From assembly GCA_030141605.1 (NCBI GenBank), contig JAQGDQ010000269.1:1-64000 (forward strand): DNA of 64,000 bases. The letters are read 5' to 3'. Positions within the stretch are counted from its first letter, which is position 1, and each line of letters begins with the position of its first letter. Positions 13,171 to 26,405 of the stretch are shown here, piece by piece. Below the pieces are notes generated by a model that was given only the letters and a program-made list of their open reading frames with translations, was not told the origin of the DNA and ran no database searches. This DNA is from Tubiluchus corallicola. Taxonomy: Eukaryota; Animalia; Priapulida. Both the position numbers and the translations under genes were made by a program.

Positions 13171-14830
13171 ACAGACCCTTGCATAAAAACGACAAAGTAG
13201 AATTCATCAATAATTGAAGAATGTAAAAAAAACACGTAAAGCTCCAGACTCATAAATTCATCATAATATAAGTGTCTATACTATAAAAAATACGACTCGT
13301 ACAGAAACTTACATGGCAAAAAAGTAGCAAAAAGTATCAAAAAGTATTAAAATTCACCATATTTCATAAGTCACAATCATGTCATCATGTAGACAAATTT
13401 GTCGATATGTAATGTAGTATTTTAATGTTTTCATTCTTATGATTTTTAACTTACACTAACTGACACAGTTGTGCACATCAGTCTGTTACTGACTGGTTAT
13501 ACACTGATTTATGTATGATGTAATTTGTTTTCCTCTTTTTGCAATAAAGATTTATATACATACATAGAATATATAGTCAGGAATAGGTTAAAATACCCGC
13601 ACTAGTTTCAAATTTACTATCTCCAAAAACGAACCTAACTCCGCTAAAATCATTGTTTAATTGTAGACAATGGTAGCTTGTCGTCTAATATTCATTGCAA
13701 TCAAAATTTGCGAAACTAGCTTTGTCACACGTTCATTAAACATATAGTACAGCTTGAACCAGGGACGTAGCAAGGCTCTAAAGTTAGGTTGAGCAAGCAT
13801 ATAAAATAGGCGCCGTGACACATACCAAACAAGTTTTAACGCAACGCATCGATTATACACTTTAATTTTGTGTTTAAAATCAAAACACAAGGAAGTTCAG
13901 TTTTAAACATGTGCTGACTGTTACTTTGTATTTAAAATAATTTATAAACTAAATTAAAATCATGTTTAATAAACACTAAGTAATAGTTTTCATTTCAGCT
14001 TTACAATATTTTACATTGTGAGGGTTTAAAGAATTATTTACTATATCTAACGTTATTTATTATTTAGCGGAATATTATTTACTGTATTCGTTGGTAGGGC
14101 TATACCCGGTTAAAATGTTCAATACATTAGTCTTCTAATTCGGAACAAGGTAATTGATCATTTGTCTACTAAAGTTTGTGCTCATTATTGGTTAGGTCTA
14201 CTTCTATTACAAATAAAAAATCGTTTAAAAGAAAACCGGACGATTGTTTAGACTCAATCTCATTTTAATTTACTATCCAAAATATACATTTTCTTGCCTA
14301 TAAAAGTTAGCAATTGTTTCTTATATTTGAATAATTAGCTTAGAAAGTTAAGTAATAGCAACCGAACACAGCTATTGCTTACGTCGGAAACTAACCACAG
14401 TTTATGCAATGGTAGGTATCTTCCCTCCGCGGCAATCATGTTTGCGTAAGTGTTACTGTTTAAACGGGTGATGTCACGAAAATGGAGTCTACGTCATGTG
14501 AACACAGAAACTAACACTGCAGTTCATGACCATGGTTATCACGGTACCGCCTTCTATTTGTCGGCCGCAAGTGACAAAAGGGCGCCGTGGCCAATCTTAG
14601 TAGATTCACTGAGCCGCGCGTAGCTTTGAAAGTTTAACAAAAGTTTGAGTATCCAACGAAATTATTATTTATTCTAAGCTTTGTAAACAGCTATTGTAGT
14701 TTTCAATATTTTAGAGCATTCTTTATTCTGAAGAAATGTTTACACAATTGTCCGGTTTTCCTTTAATTTTATGTCAGCAGCCAGAATCTGAGAATCTGTC
14801 ACTCTGATCAATTTAACAACCCACAACTGA

Positions 14831-14834
<4 letters not shown>

Positions 14835-14862
<28 letters not shown>

Positions 14863-14902
14863 TACCATCATAATCATCACCACCATCATCATTATCATCA
14901 TC
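14835..14902. repeat. (CAT/CAC)n microsatellite
   Basis: Seen directly. Confidence 0.9.
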
Positions 14903-15087
14903 TTTACTATACCAAAACATTTAGGTTTGCAAAGATAAGCACACCGTAAATGTGGCAAAAAATTAATTAATTGAAGTGCTCAAATTAGCTAATTAATGAA
15001 GGGTTTGCCTACAGATTTTTTTGTTTTATGCCAAGGACGTCCTGGCTAATCATCCTACCAAATTTCAGCTCAAAATACTTTGGAGTT

Positions 15088-15492
15088 TAACATGGGGCTT
15101 AACGACTACTCAAGAAAAGCAGATTGCAAAGATAAGATAACTGTACATAATAAAAAATGAAAATCTGTACACTAGAACGAAAAAAAACTCTTTGGAGTTC
15201 AAAAGTCAAATTCCGTAGATCAAAGTTGACACCTTCTCAGATTACCAAGTGAAACACCCGTAAGAATCGCCTTAAAAGAAGAAAGAAAGCTTAAAACCTC
15301 ACAAAAAACCACTTACCAAACAATAAACAACTTGGATAGCTGAGATAGATAAAGATTTTTAACTTTAATCAAATCTAGCTTAAGGAGTAGAAGAACTTAT
15401 GCTGTTAGCTGCAGATGGGAGTGGGTGGAATGCTCTAGTCAATAGTAATGCGTCAATGTCTGCAATCGCTGGAGTGAGACCTTGAAGAAAGA
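15088..15492 (+). mobile_element. RTE-clade LINE 3' fragment, copy 1
   Basis: Aligns by eye with 45400-45920 (TGGAGTTCAAAAGTCAA, AGATTACCAA, GTAAGAATCGCCTTAAA, AGAAGAACTTATGCTGTTAGCTGCA). Ends in a GAAGAA tail. Confidence 0.75.
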
Positions 15493-15583
15493 TAGAGTTT
15501 AATCACGGTAAACAATTGGTCACGTAATTGGATTAATTCAGAAAACGTAGAGAAATTGGCACAGAATTTTCAATTCTACTTAC

Positions 15584-15981
15584 CTCAAATTTTCCAGTGT
15601 CTCATTTGAAAGGTTGCGTCCACTGAGATCACTCTTCAGCAAACCCTTGTTCTCATTGCAAATGGTAACGGCTGGAAATTGCAACCCGAACAGGTTCTTT
15701 ATTCCATAATCGGTTGATATGTTCTCGTCAACGTAGTAATGAATTCGACTGATAATCAGATAGAAAGTGTAGACGAGACTAGCAACGAACAGTAACAACC
15801 AGAAAAAACGACGAAAAGGATGAATATTGGAGGCAAAGATGTATCGTGGACCGACTGCGGATACTGTGGATACAAACTTCTCCACTTCATTGATCTCCAC
15901 TACAGATTGATTGCGTTCTAGTTGTTGACTATCGCTTGCAGTCGGTTTTACGGTTATGTCTGACACTCCGTTATCTGGCAT
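15584..15981 (-). CDS. DEG/ENaC (ASIC-like) amiloride-sensitive channel subunit, coding exon 1 (N-terminus, TM1, FPAVTICN)
   Basis: ATG at 15981 (MPDNG...). Contains pre-TM1 FVSTVSAVGPRYIF, then RRFFWLLLFV...TM1 and the family signature FPAVTICN. Ends at GTAAGT donor (15583-15578), phase 2. Confidence 0.92.
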
Positions 15982-16439
15982 TTTCTCTTTTTTAATTATT
16001 GTTTTCTTCAGTTTCTTTATATAATGCGACAAATTTTCTCTTTCTTTTATTTTTGCAAAGTCGCCTTTCTAACAACAGAGTCTGCAACTAAGATAACCCT
16101 TTCACTGATCCGCCAGGTTGAGGTCATCCAGGAATTGCAAGAAGGGACAAGCCGGAGTTAAACAGAATGATCACAAGGAAGCGTTTCGGCAACCAATAGC
16201 AATTCTCAAAACTTCAAAAGATAATAAATGTACAGCACTTAACTATAGCAGCTGAGTATCTTAGTGACAGTTCATATACTCGCTAACTTATTTATTTATT
16301 CACTCACTCAATCGTGCTATCATTTACACATCTATTCATTCATTTGGTCATTCATTTATCGAAGAGAGAGGAAGAGAGAAGCGGGTGAAAAAAGAGAAAG
16401 AGAGGTGTGGGGAGAGAGAAAGAGAGAGAGATAGAAAAA

Positions 16440-16749
16440 TCACATCGAATTTGTGGCTCTCGAACCGAATGAAACCGAATTTTAGCATTTTTGAATCCGA
16501 ATCGAATTCGAATTCTCTTTGAAAAGATTTTCGAACAAATTTCCGAATCACCAAAAACGCTCATTTAAAAACTGCGCACAGAAATCGCAAATAACATGTG
16601 CTGATGCATTATGTTTCAAACGTTTTAATAATATAAAAGACGAATGTAGTAGAACTGCTAAATAATACGAACCTACAATTTTAGGTTCGAATCGAATAGG
16701 AACTAAAAACTCGTTTGAGTCGAACTCGAACGTTCGATGCTCACCTCTA
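16440..16749. mobile_element. Non-autonomous DNA-transposon relic with (CGAAT/TTCGA) subterminal repeats
   Basis: Clusters of CGAATCGAATTCGAA at both ends; terminates in GCTCACCTCTA. Confidence 0.45.
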
Positions 16750-16864
16750 ACTATGACCTATAACTGTCCCCATGATACGTATAGCTGAAGAAAATAAGCA
16801 GTTTTTTTCATATATGTGAATGTGCCTTTAATTTCTTTCTTTCCCAGAGCTCGCTGACAAGGAC

Positions 16865-17455
16865 TACATGCAGTGCAACACAAACGTTAGAAAATTTTCT
16901 ATTAAATACAATGGCCCTTACATATGGAATTCAATTGCTCCAGCTATAAAAAATGCCAACACGCTATCCATATTCAAAAAAGTATATAAATTACACTTAC
17001 TTGAAACATACAACTGATCACTCAATCATGATTTGTTGTTGTTTTTCATTTTCAAATACTTCCCCTCTGGGATAATAATATAGTTATTAGTTCCCACCCG
17101 TATATATATATATATATATCTGCAATGCGCACCTCCATATAGTCTAAACAAGTGTTGCCTCCTCTACAAATGCTTAGCGAATGTGTTAAAGCATTTATCA
17201 TTTCTCTGTACCGACCATCAGTTTGCATCGTAATTATGAAAATTTAATACTACTAACGCCCACTGTAACTCACACTAACCATTAGTAATATATTGTAATT
17301 TTTCTCGTAACTAATTCTAGTGGCCTAGTATAAGCTAGCTTCTTAGGTCTCTAGCAGAGAATTCATGAATTGTATTATAATTTTGTATTAACAAAAACTG
17401 ATTACGGATGCACTTGTAATGCATATGTATACGTTTATTGCGAAATAAATCTATT
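16865..17455 (+). mobile_element. CR1/L2-group LINE 3' end (ORF2 C-terminus and 3'UTR)
   Basis: Translates to CNTNVRKFSIKYNGPYIWNSIAPAIKNANTLSIFKKVYKLHLLETYN* (16873-17017), followed by an AT-rich UTR ending in AATAAA. Confidence 0.75.
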
Positions 17456-17820
17456 GAACCTAATCGTTGCTGTTCCTAAAAAGTAACTTACGTAAGCAGC
17501 AATTGTTGACTAGGATAAAATCAGTTTAATAAAAATTCATTTAGATAAATAAACCTAGACGGGGGTCTCAACGTAATGAACACAGACTGTCAAATCTTGT
17601 TAAAACAGGTAAATGCGATTTGGAGTCACAAGATGTGGTCTAGATGAAAATGTCGCGCTTAAATGATAAATGATGATGATGAAGTATAAAGTGAGATGAA
17701 GTGTTGAATAGGAAAAAGGCACACCGTTCGGAAAAATCTCATTTTCCCTTCAACATAAGTTTATAACTACTCTTATGCAGTGAAATAGCAAGGAAATTGA
17801 TGCAATTAGGAGTTTTGTAA

Positions 17821-17824
<4 letters not shown>

Positions 17825-17872
<48 letters not shown>
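17825..17872. repeat. (CT)n microsatellite
   Basis: Seen directly; followed by a pyrimidine-rich tract to ~18290. Confidence 0.97.
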
Positions 17873-17878
<6 letters not shown>

Positions 17879-20800
17879 TTCTCCTCTAACTTCTCATTAG
17901 GTACTCAGACTGAGAACCGCGAAAGACTAGACCGCACTCTCCTTCGTACATAAATGCCCATAAATACTTCTCTTCCTTTTTTCTTTTCCTAACTTCTCTT
18001 CCTCTTTCTTTCCTCCTCTTCCATTTTCTTCTCCTAAAGCTCTCCTTACCTTTCGAGTAGCACATCTCATCGCAAACTAGATGATGCTATCCATAGACAG
18101 TTATATGAAATAGGAGACCTATGTCCTCCTACTTTTTCTATTTTTTCTTTTTTCTCTGCTCCTCCTTCTCTCCTTTCTGCTAATTAAATAACGCCACCAC
18201 TAAGCGATATTATCCAAGAAGACAATTTAGAAGTGTTAGATCTATCTTCCATTTCTTCTCCTATTTATTCTTCCTTCTCCTTCCGCTTTTAGATAAAGGC
18301 GTTACGTCACACATACAACTTGATGTTATCCAAGAATTAACTTAACAGATCTAGGAAGAACACCTTGATAATGACAACGAAATAATAGGCCTATCTATGT
18401 CTGGAGCTCATTATTGAAATTTCGATCAGTTTGTGAAATTATTTTTCGAAGTTATTAATTATGTCGATGACCAATAATTTGCCTACGTATACTACTTTAA
18501 AATAGTTTTGATTAAGTAAATATGCACAACAGACAGACTGGGATCAAGATCTCTCGACTGTCCACACTTAATGTTCACATACAAAAAATTAAGCCAGAAC
18601 ACATCTAGAGTTGATCACTAATGTAGCTCAATTAGTTGTTGAACTCACTATATCAGAGATCATGACGGAGATCATGAGCGTGCCTTATATACAAAATATC
18701 CAAGAAAACATATACATAACGGCTTGATGATCACTAAAGCTTCTCGGTCCACTGCCAATGCAGACAATAAAACAGTCATGTTTCCTTTTGTCAGATTTGC
18801 ACGATATTGATTAATAAGCGACATTATTGTTGTTCCGCATATAACTTGTTAGCATACGTGATACCGAAGTATTTAGACAGTATGGACTGGCACGAAAAGA
18901 ACACTATTTGTTGAACGTAATGTGTTTATAGGGTATATGTGGTAATATTCGTCTTTATCATTAATAGCAATTTTAATTAATTTTAGCAAAATCGCGTGAT
19001 AATGACAGTCCAGACGTTTATATTATGCTTTGTAATTCAGTTATTATGTAATTCAGATAAATGTTTAACTTACTGTCACATGTTGTTTAGGACTGTTTAT
19101 ATGCAAATTATAGTTAATTAAGGCAGCTTAACTTAAGTCTCAAGCGAAAATTGAACAACGACAAAGTTCTGCCTAAACAGACATTAATTTAAATTAAACT
19201 AACTTCTTTTGTAAAGCTAGCTTCAGTTTTGTAGACAGTTAATAATTAAAAGTTTACACAATTGGCAGACTAAGACGCGGTATTATAGACCTGTTTCACC
19301 GTTTCACCTGTTTCACTGTTAGCTCCAGCCTCCAGTGGCATTTTTACCTATATTATAAGCACAAAATAATTAGCCATATAAACGTTAAACCGAATAGAAC
19401 ATCTAGATAAGTAACTATACCAAATAGTTTATTCTACATTTCAGAAAATACACAAAATACATGGGTACTTAAAAACAATTGTGGTTAGATGTCTAAAAGA
19501 AATTGCGTACTTTGAACATGTCCATATTGCGTTACATGAAGGGGAGGATGAAGAATAGCACTTACAGCGCCCTTCCCTTCTCAGACTGGATGACTGAGTG
19601 ATATATTAAAAAAACTTCGTTAGAAAGTACTTCATTAAATCTAGTTATAAAACAAAGTGATGCACATGTAAGTAAAAAGATATTTAAAAAGGTCTATAAC
19701 ACACAAAATTACCCGAGCTATTTCTACATTTCTCTAAAATTTTCTTTTTGACCCATTTTTTAACATGCGCACTAAAGCAGTTTTTAAAAATCTTCACCTG
19801 ACTGCGCAGAGCCCATGTTTTAAATTTTCGTTTATGTCAGGGGACACAAAAACGTGCCGAAGTTAAAAGTTTTCATTTCAATAGTATAAAAAGGAAAAAA
19901 CTAAATCTTTGAAAGTTGCCATGCTGATGTTGCATAAGACTATACATCACAAATTTATGTCGGGATTATTCCAAAGATACAGAAGTTTTAATTCAGTAAG
20001 TAAAAAAATAAATGCCAGAAAATATTTCGTATGTCACTATTGTTAAGATTTACAACATGTCTTCTAAGTGTCCACCATTTTCAAAACAAACTAGACAAAT
20101 GCGTTTCTTCCAACAGCTGATAACAGTTTCTTACTTCTTTAAAAGGTATTTGGTCTCAGCACTCAACAATTTTTGCTTCTATTTCCTCTGCATCAAATGG
20201 CTCTGTGCGGCCGCCGTACACTCCTTTTAAAGAATTCCAGATACGTAGTCCAGAGGATTAAGTCCCATTTTTTCTTGACAACAAATCTTTATCACTGCTT
20301 TATTTTCTGTGTGTGGATCATTATGTAAACTAGTTGATTTCATAATTATCTTGCTGCCATGGATTGAATGCTTTATACGTCAATGCGGCGATTTTTCAAT
20401 TGATGATTAGCTGACATTGTTCCAGTGTAACACGCTATAGTATACTCCCAGCCCAGACTATACCAGGGGCAGTGCTGGATTAGGCATTAGACAAAAAAGG
20501 CACATGCTTTAGGGCCAGACAAAAATCTAGGCCACAAAAAAATAAAATATTAATAAATTCACAGGTGATGACAAAAATGTTTTATTTATTTTTATGTAAA
20601 TGAATGTTCTGTATTTTTATTGTGACTTAGAACACTTTATTGCGACAATGAACGAAACGGGACGCTATTCAGGCAGAAACGTAATTAATGTCGAAACGGT
20701 GGTTGGGAACGAGCAAAGGAAAAGGAATTTACACTGCATGTATAGTTTGGCCTAAGACTGTTTATCTTCCGGGGTATACTCTGGCCTGGGCCAAACTATT

Positions 20801-23800
20801 CCCACGTTTAATGCGAGGTTAATTTGGTCTGCTACACGCGCATGTAATTTTTTATCATACAAAAGCTTTTCGGTCAAAACCTAAAAACTAAAGCTAAAAA
20901 CTTGTAACTTTCACTTGCAAATTTAGTGTATTGTTATACAACACTGTGAAGTGTCAACTTTGTAAGCCAGTTTCTTCTAATATTATTGTAGTCTAGTAAT
21001 TAGAACATTTTTTCTGAGCCGCCCGATATATAACTTTGTAGCCTTATATATATATTATATATATTAATTCTTTATTTGTCTTTAAAATGGTTCACTCATT
21101 ATAATAAAATTGAGTAAGATTCAGCGTAATGTTAAAATGAAATGAACAACACTGTTCAAGACAAATGCGTCCAGTGCATACTAAAAAAACTGAAGTGCAA
21201 AACTAAGGCCTAATTATATACAATAAATGAACATAGTTACAAACACCATATTAAAATATTTTTACAAAACAATATTACAAAAGTACATTAAATTTTACAT
21301 GACATATTTTACACTATATATGTGTATACTCCCCTTTTTAGCTAAATTTTAATTAGTCCAAAACCTAAACCAATTTATTTTAGTAAATCATGCCGAAGTT
21401 TGAGTAGCTGACTGTGCCTTCAGCCTTCTCTGAACGAACACCTGTACCGGTGTATAGATGAAGAGAAGCCCCAGGCTATTCCCAGTCACCAACCTCATGG
21501 GTAGAAAACGATTTAAAAGTGTTTTACAAAACTTTAGAAACTGAGAACGAGAGTTTAAAGATCATTGATTCACAATTCCTCCAATAAGCAACACAATTAA
21601 GATATCATCACAAATTATCATAAAAAACAAAACATACAACAACAAAATGTTTAATAAAAAATTCAGCGCTGCAATTTTTTTTTGCAAAAACCGAACTTTG
21701 AAAACCATTTGTGTAATAAGTAGGATTTTTTACCAAAAAGAAACTGTGTCAAAAAATTATAAAAAAATTACCAAAAAATTATAGATGTTGGTCACAGACC
21801 TCCTAGACTTTAAGGCCGTATAATCCGGCTGTAACGAACACAAAACATCACCCACTGCAATCTTTACGCATGCGCACCATTAGCCACTTCCACGCGGACT
21901 TTTGCTCCGCCTTACGAAAGAAACCACTGGCAGCTCATAAACAGCTAGGCCAGTAAACAAACGCAGTGCACCTACGATTCTAATGGCAGCACTGAATAAG
22001 CTGCATCCAAATTAGTCAGACCTATATAAGTTACAGTAATAGTCATTTACATAAAATAAATGTCTTTGCATATTTATTTATCAATAAAACTATTTTGTTT
22101 TTCTTGCTTTTGCAAATGTCGGTCACTGATAAAGCAGGTGATGTTCAATTGATCAACTGGGATTTTGCTTCAAAAAGCTTATCAGTGTTTTCTGGTCCCA
22201 TGGCTCCTATACATCCAATGCACCTGCCATGCGTCTTCGTATTATTGAAATATACGCAGGAAATTAGCAGCCTTCTCTGTTGCTGAAATCTATTATAAAA
22301 TCTATTATAGCTAGAGTAATAAATCAGCGACGGGCGCACGCTCCACTGAAAGCTTCGTTTGCCAGGCATTGTCAGCAGCAGAAATGAAGCCAGTATCAGT
22401 GCCATCTTCAGCGTGGTAATGAATAATCGTTGAGTCATAATCGTTAATCCGGGCCCGCCTTGATGCGCTTTTAATTTCCTAATGTATTTTCGCTGTACAA
22501 GATAGCATCTTTTGCCGTGATGAGTTCTGCACGCGTCTTCACGCGTCACGCGAGATGAATAACGAGAGTTTTTGTCACCAGAGGGAGAAGAACTGAGGAA
22601 GATGGGATACGTGGAAGAGAAACGCAGCGTGCTGCGTGCAGGGCTTCATTGATAAGCTTGATATCGTTGACAACAAGGTTAAGATTACTAACACATTGTG
22701 GAGAGCTACTAGAGGTTGGAGCACATTCACAACAATAGTCAGCACTGGAGCATAAAGGTGACTGTGAACGAGACTAATGTAGCGGTAAATACACTTATTT
22801 AATTTTCATAGAATTTCAATGGTAGAATCAATTATAAAAATTATAAGCGACCAAGAAGGAACATTTACTTAGAAGCTATACTGGTTTAAAGAGGAACCAG
22901 CTTAAGATAAGATAAGTAAAGGTATTTACTCAGAATAACTTGACTGAGCAAAGTTACAACAAGATCCTGACTGCTGCACAGTTTGCAAACAATATACCAA
23001 AAACAACTGAACAAAAAGAAAATATCAAAATTTAAAAGCAACATTTACATGTGGTTGGTTTTTATTGTTATTAGAGCGCATCGCACACTTGTTCACACAA
23101 TTTGTACCATATTAATTTGTTGACACGTCATTTATTACCATTTACTAGAATTATTGTTGAACTGCGTAATTTTCATTTACATTTGTGCATTTTAGGGTGA
23201 GTAAGTAATTGCAATGCCACAAGAACATAGTTACCAAAGCTCTACTGTTATAGGCCCATGATAACAATGGTTATGTGGATACATACACACACGTAGGCTA
23301 TTTCATATAATAATAATTATAATACTAACTGTAATGCGTCTATTGTTAGTGGTTCAGCTAACTAGTTGGCATATTTACTGAGCCTGTAAGCAAACTAGAA
23401 GCTCACTTTCTTATTTTGCAAACTGTAAACTTATTTTGCAAACCCGCTGGCCCCTACGCAATCCAAGCGTTAATGAAATTGGGTTGTTTAAGTAGCCCAA
23501 TAATTAATGTTCAAAAAATGTGGTTTTTCCATTCCAAGAAGCCTACGTTACACGTTATAAACCCCTGGATGTACGTAGCGCATAAGACAGGCAAAAGAAT
23601 ACGTGCGCCGTGTGTTATAACCATAGCTTTATAAGTAACCAACAGTTGCAAATAAACGCAGTAAAACGACGTCTGTTTTTCTTAAAAAAAATCAGTCCAG
23701 GTTAGAAATCGGAATGCTGTTGTGATATTGATCGTGTGGTATAGCAGGGAAGCCTGCACTAAACACTCCGACACACCATTATCCAGCTGATAATGACTCA

Positions 23801-23979
23801 ATCAACCTCCGGGTAATAATCGATATTAGGAAAAAAAATCACCCCGGCAACTTTTTCCTGCGTGGCAGTTAAGTTCTAGTAGTAAGAGAAAGCTTGTAGC
23901 TTCATAAAGTGGGAATTTTAGGACGTGTGTAGGAGGGTTCATGACTTCGATTTTTTTCGTTTAGTATAATTAGCAGATT

Positions 23980-24147
23980 AATGTAATGTAATGCAAGGCA
24001 GGTGATGCATCGTAATATAATGTACTGTAACATAATATAATGCAGTGTAATGAAAAAATGTAATGTAGCGTAATGTTATGTAATGAAATGTAATGCAAAG
24101 TACTTCATTGTAATATAATGTAATGTCATTTTAGTGCCATGTAATGC
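23980..24147. repeat. Degenerate (TGTAA)n pentanucleotide tract
   Basis: Seen directly. Confidence 0.75.
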
Positions 24148-25295
24148 AACAACAAAAGTTACGGTATTTAAAACTATTCAGAGGTACGTGCAAAGTGGCA
24201 CTACGTCTTGTGCAAGCCATGCATAAGCGAAATTAGACCTTTAAGTAAACCAGTTATTAATATTCTAAAATCGAGTTTTTTTTGTTTGTTTTTTCATTCG
24301 AAAGTTTTTTAATTACTACGTCACTATGCATACATGTATAAAGGGACAAATAGTTAAATTTAATCTACGAAATTTGCTCATGATACGCGAATAAACAAGT
24401 TTAACTAGTTCTGCGGAGCGGTGAGCTAAGGAAAATGGTCTTGTCTTGTACTATTATGGATTCTTATTCGAAAAATCCTTTTCATATCTTAAAAGGGAAA
24501 ATGCATAAATGAGAGTCTATGGTCTCGGCACAATCGTTTTTGCGCTGTATCAATCTTTAACTACTTCTGGTTTGTGCATTGTACGTTACATAATGCCTGC
24601 TGTCAAGTGTTCTATATGCAACTGCTGCAACAACGGAATCTGTTTTCAAGTAACTGCCTAATTTCCTGGTGCTTCTACACCACCATAACGCATTAATCAC
24701 ACTATAATATTAAAATATGGTAGGCGTGGTTGCTTCGGATTATTAAAATTTCCATCGCACAATCGTTTTCAGGAAAGCAGCCGTCGTAAGAGCAATTAGA
24801 CCCTTAGGTAATTTTATGGACTTAATTATAACACAGGAAGCATCGATTTTTGCCTGAAATGCACGTAGGGTTGAATTGGGCTTTATGGGTCTATAAAGTA
24901 CAGGCAATTAAGCAAGCGTTGTTCGGTACACAATAGTTTCATTATAGACGCTAAAATTTGTCTTGGCAGCAGTGCAGGCTAAGCAGATTCGTAAACATTT
25001 TAGAAAAGAAGTTCAACGAATTTTTTGGTAAAATTGAATTTTGAACATAGGTTACTTCAATAAGCGAATTGACTGTACGATTCGCAGCATGGTCGTATAC
25101 CCCATGTGACGACGATCCATAACACTCCCTGCACAGTTTTTTGTTTTTATTATCAATCATTTAACTACATAATCATTTCACTGAAAAAATTAAAAGCTAA
25201 AAATGTATAAGGATTAAATATACTATAATGTTACAAACATTTGAAGTTTGCTGCAGGAAGTTGATGAGATAAGTTAATAATATTTTTAAAGTAAC

Positions 25296-25388
25296 CATAG
25301 ACATAGACATAGACATAGACATAGACATAGACATAGACATAGACATAGACATAGACATAGACATAGACATAGACATAGACATAGACAT
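25296..25388. repeat. (CATAGA)n perfect hexanucleotide repeat
   Basis: Seen directly, about 15 units. Confidence 0.98.
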
Positions 25389-26019
25389 TTTATTTTTCTC
25401 CAATTTGTGTCACCCATAATCCTAAAAATTTATGGACAAATGTCAAATTGACAATATTCTGTAAAACGGCTATGCTATCTGAGACGACTTTTTCTAGTTT
25501 AAATGGCTGCTATATGATCATTGAAGAGACACACCATAACTTTATATAAATTACAATCTAGTAAAAACACAGTTTCTTTTCTAATTTTGAACTCTTTCAG
25601 GTATCATAGCACGCAACATAGATTAAGCTTTAATTTAGATTTTCCACTGTTCTTCTTCCCTCACTAATTTCGTTAATTTATTGGATAAATTTGGAAGAAA
25701 AACTAAAATCGTATTTACTGCTTATGACTGTCTACGTGGTTTTTGTAGATATAAACGGGCTGCAGTTGCAACTTTCAGACTGTTTTAAAATTGTTTTGGT
25801 TTGGTTTGATGCTCCCATGTATTTGCATCGATTTCTCTTGCTTAATAATTGTCAAAACTCTGTTAATTAAACGATGTTGTCTCTTCTAGCCTCAGATACT
25901 ATACAAACTGTAGGCGATGCTCAAGAATAATTAAAACTATTGGTAATGCCTTCATTATAGGCATACGGTCTTGATATGTTCTATAAACTATCTATAAAAA
26001 ATGTTCCACAATCACATCC

Positions 26020-26405
26020 ACTTAGTTGAATAACCTTCGTAATTTTTGAGTAATTTTATATCAAAATCGAAAGCTCTCATTCTTAAACTCATCAGCTAAC
26101 ATTGCTTCTCAGTTTGAATAACTCACATCTCAAAGTTATTGATTCTGGGTAATCTGATTCTTATGCTGAACAGCATACCGCTCAACTGAGTAACTTGATT
26201 TTCAAGGAATGATTTCTTTCCCAAACTGAGTAACTCGATTCTAGAATTGAATAACTTAAGTCTCAAGCTGAGTAGCTTGATTTTCAATTAGGATGACTTA
26301 TTCTCGAACTGAATAACGTAATTCAACAGAGTAACTTTATATTCAAACCGAGAAGGGTTATTTCTAAACATGGGTAACTTTTTTGAAAGTGAGTGACTTA
26401 GCTCT
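26020..26405. repeat. Degenerate ~21-bp minisatellite (AACTGAGTAACTTGATTCTC-like)
   Basis: TGAGTAAC/TGAATAAC cores recur at about 21-bp spacing. Confidence 0.65.
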
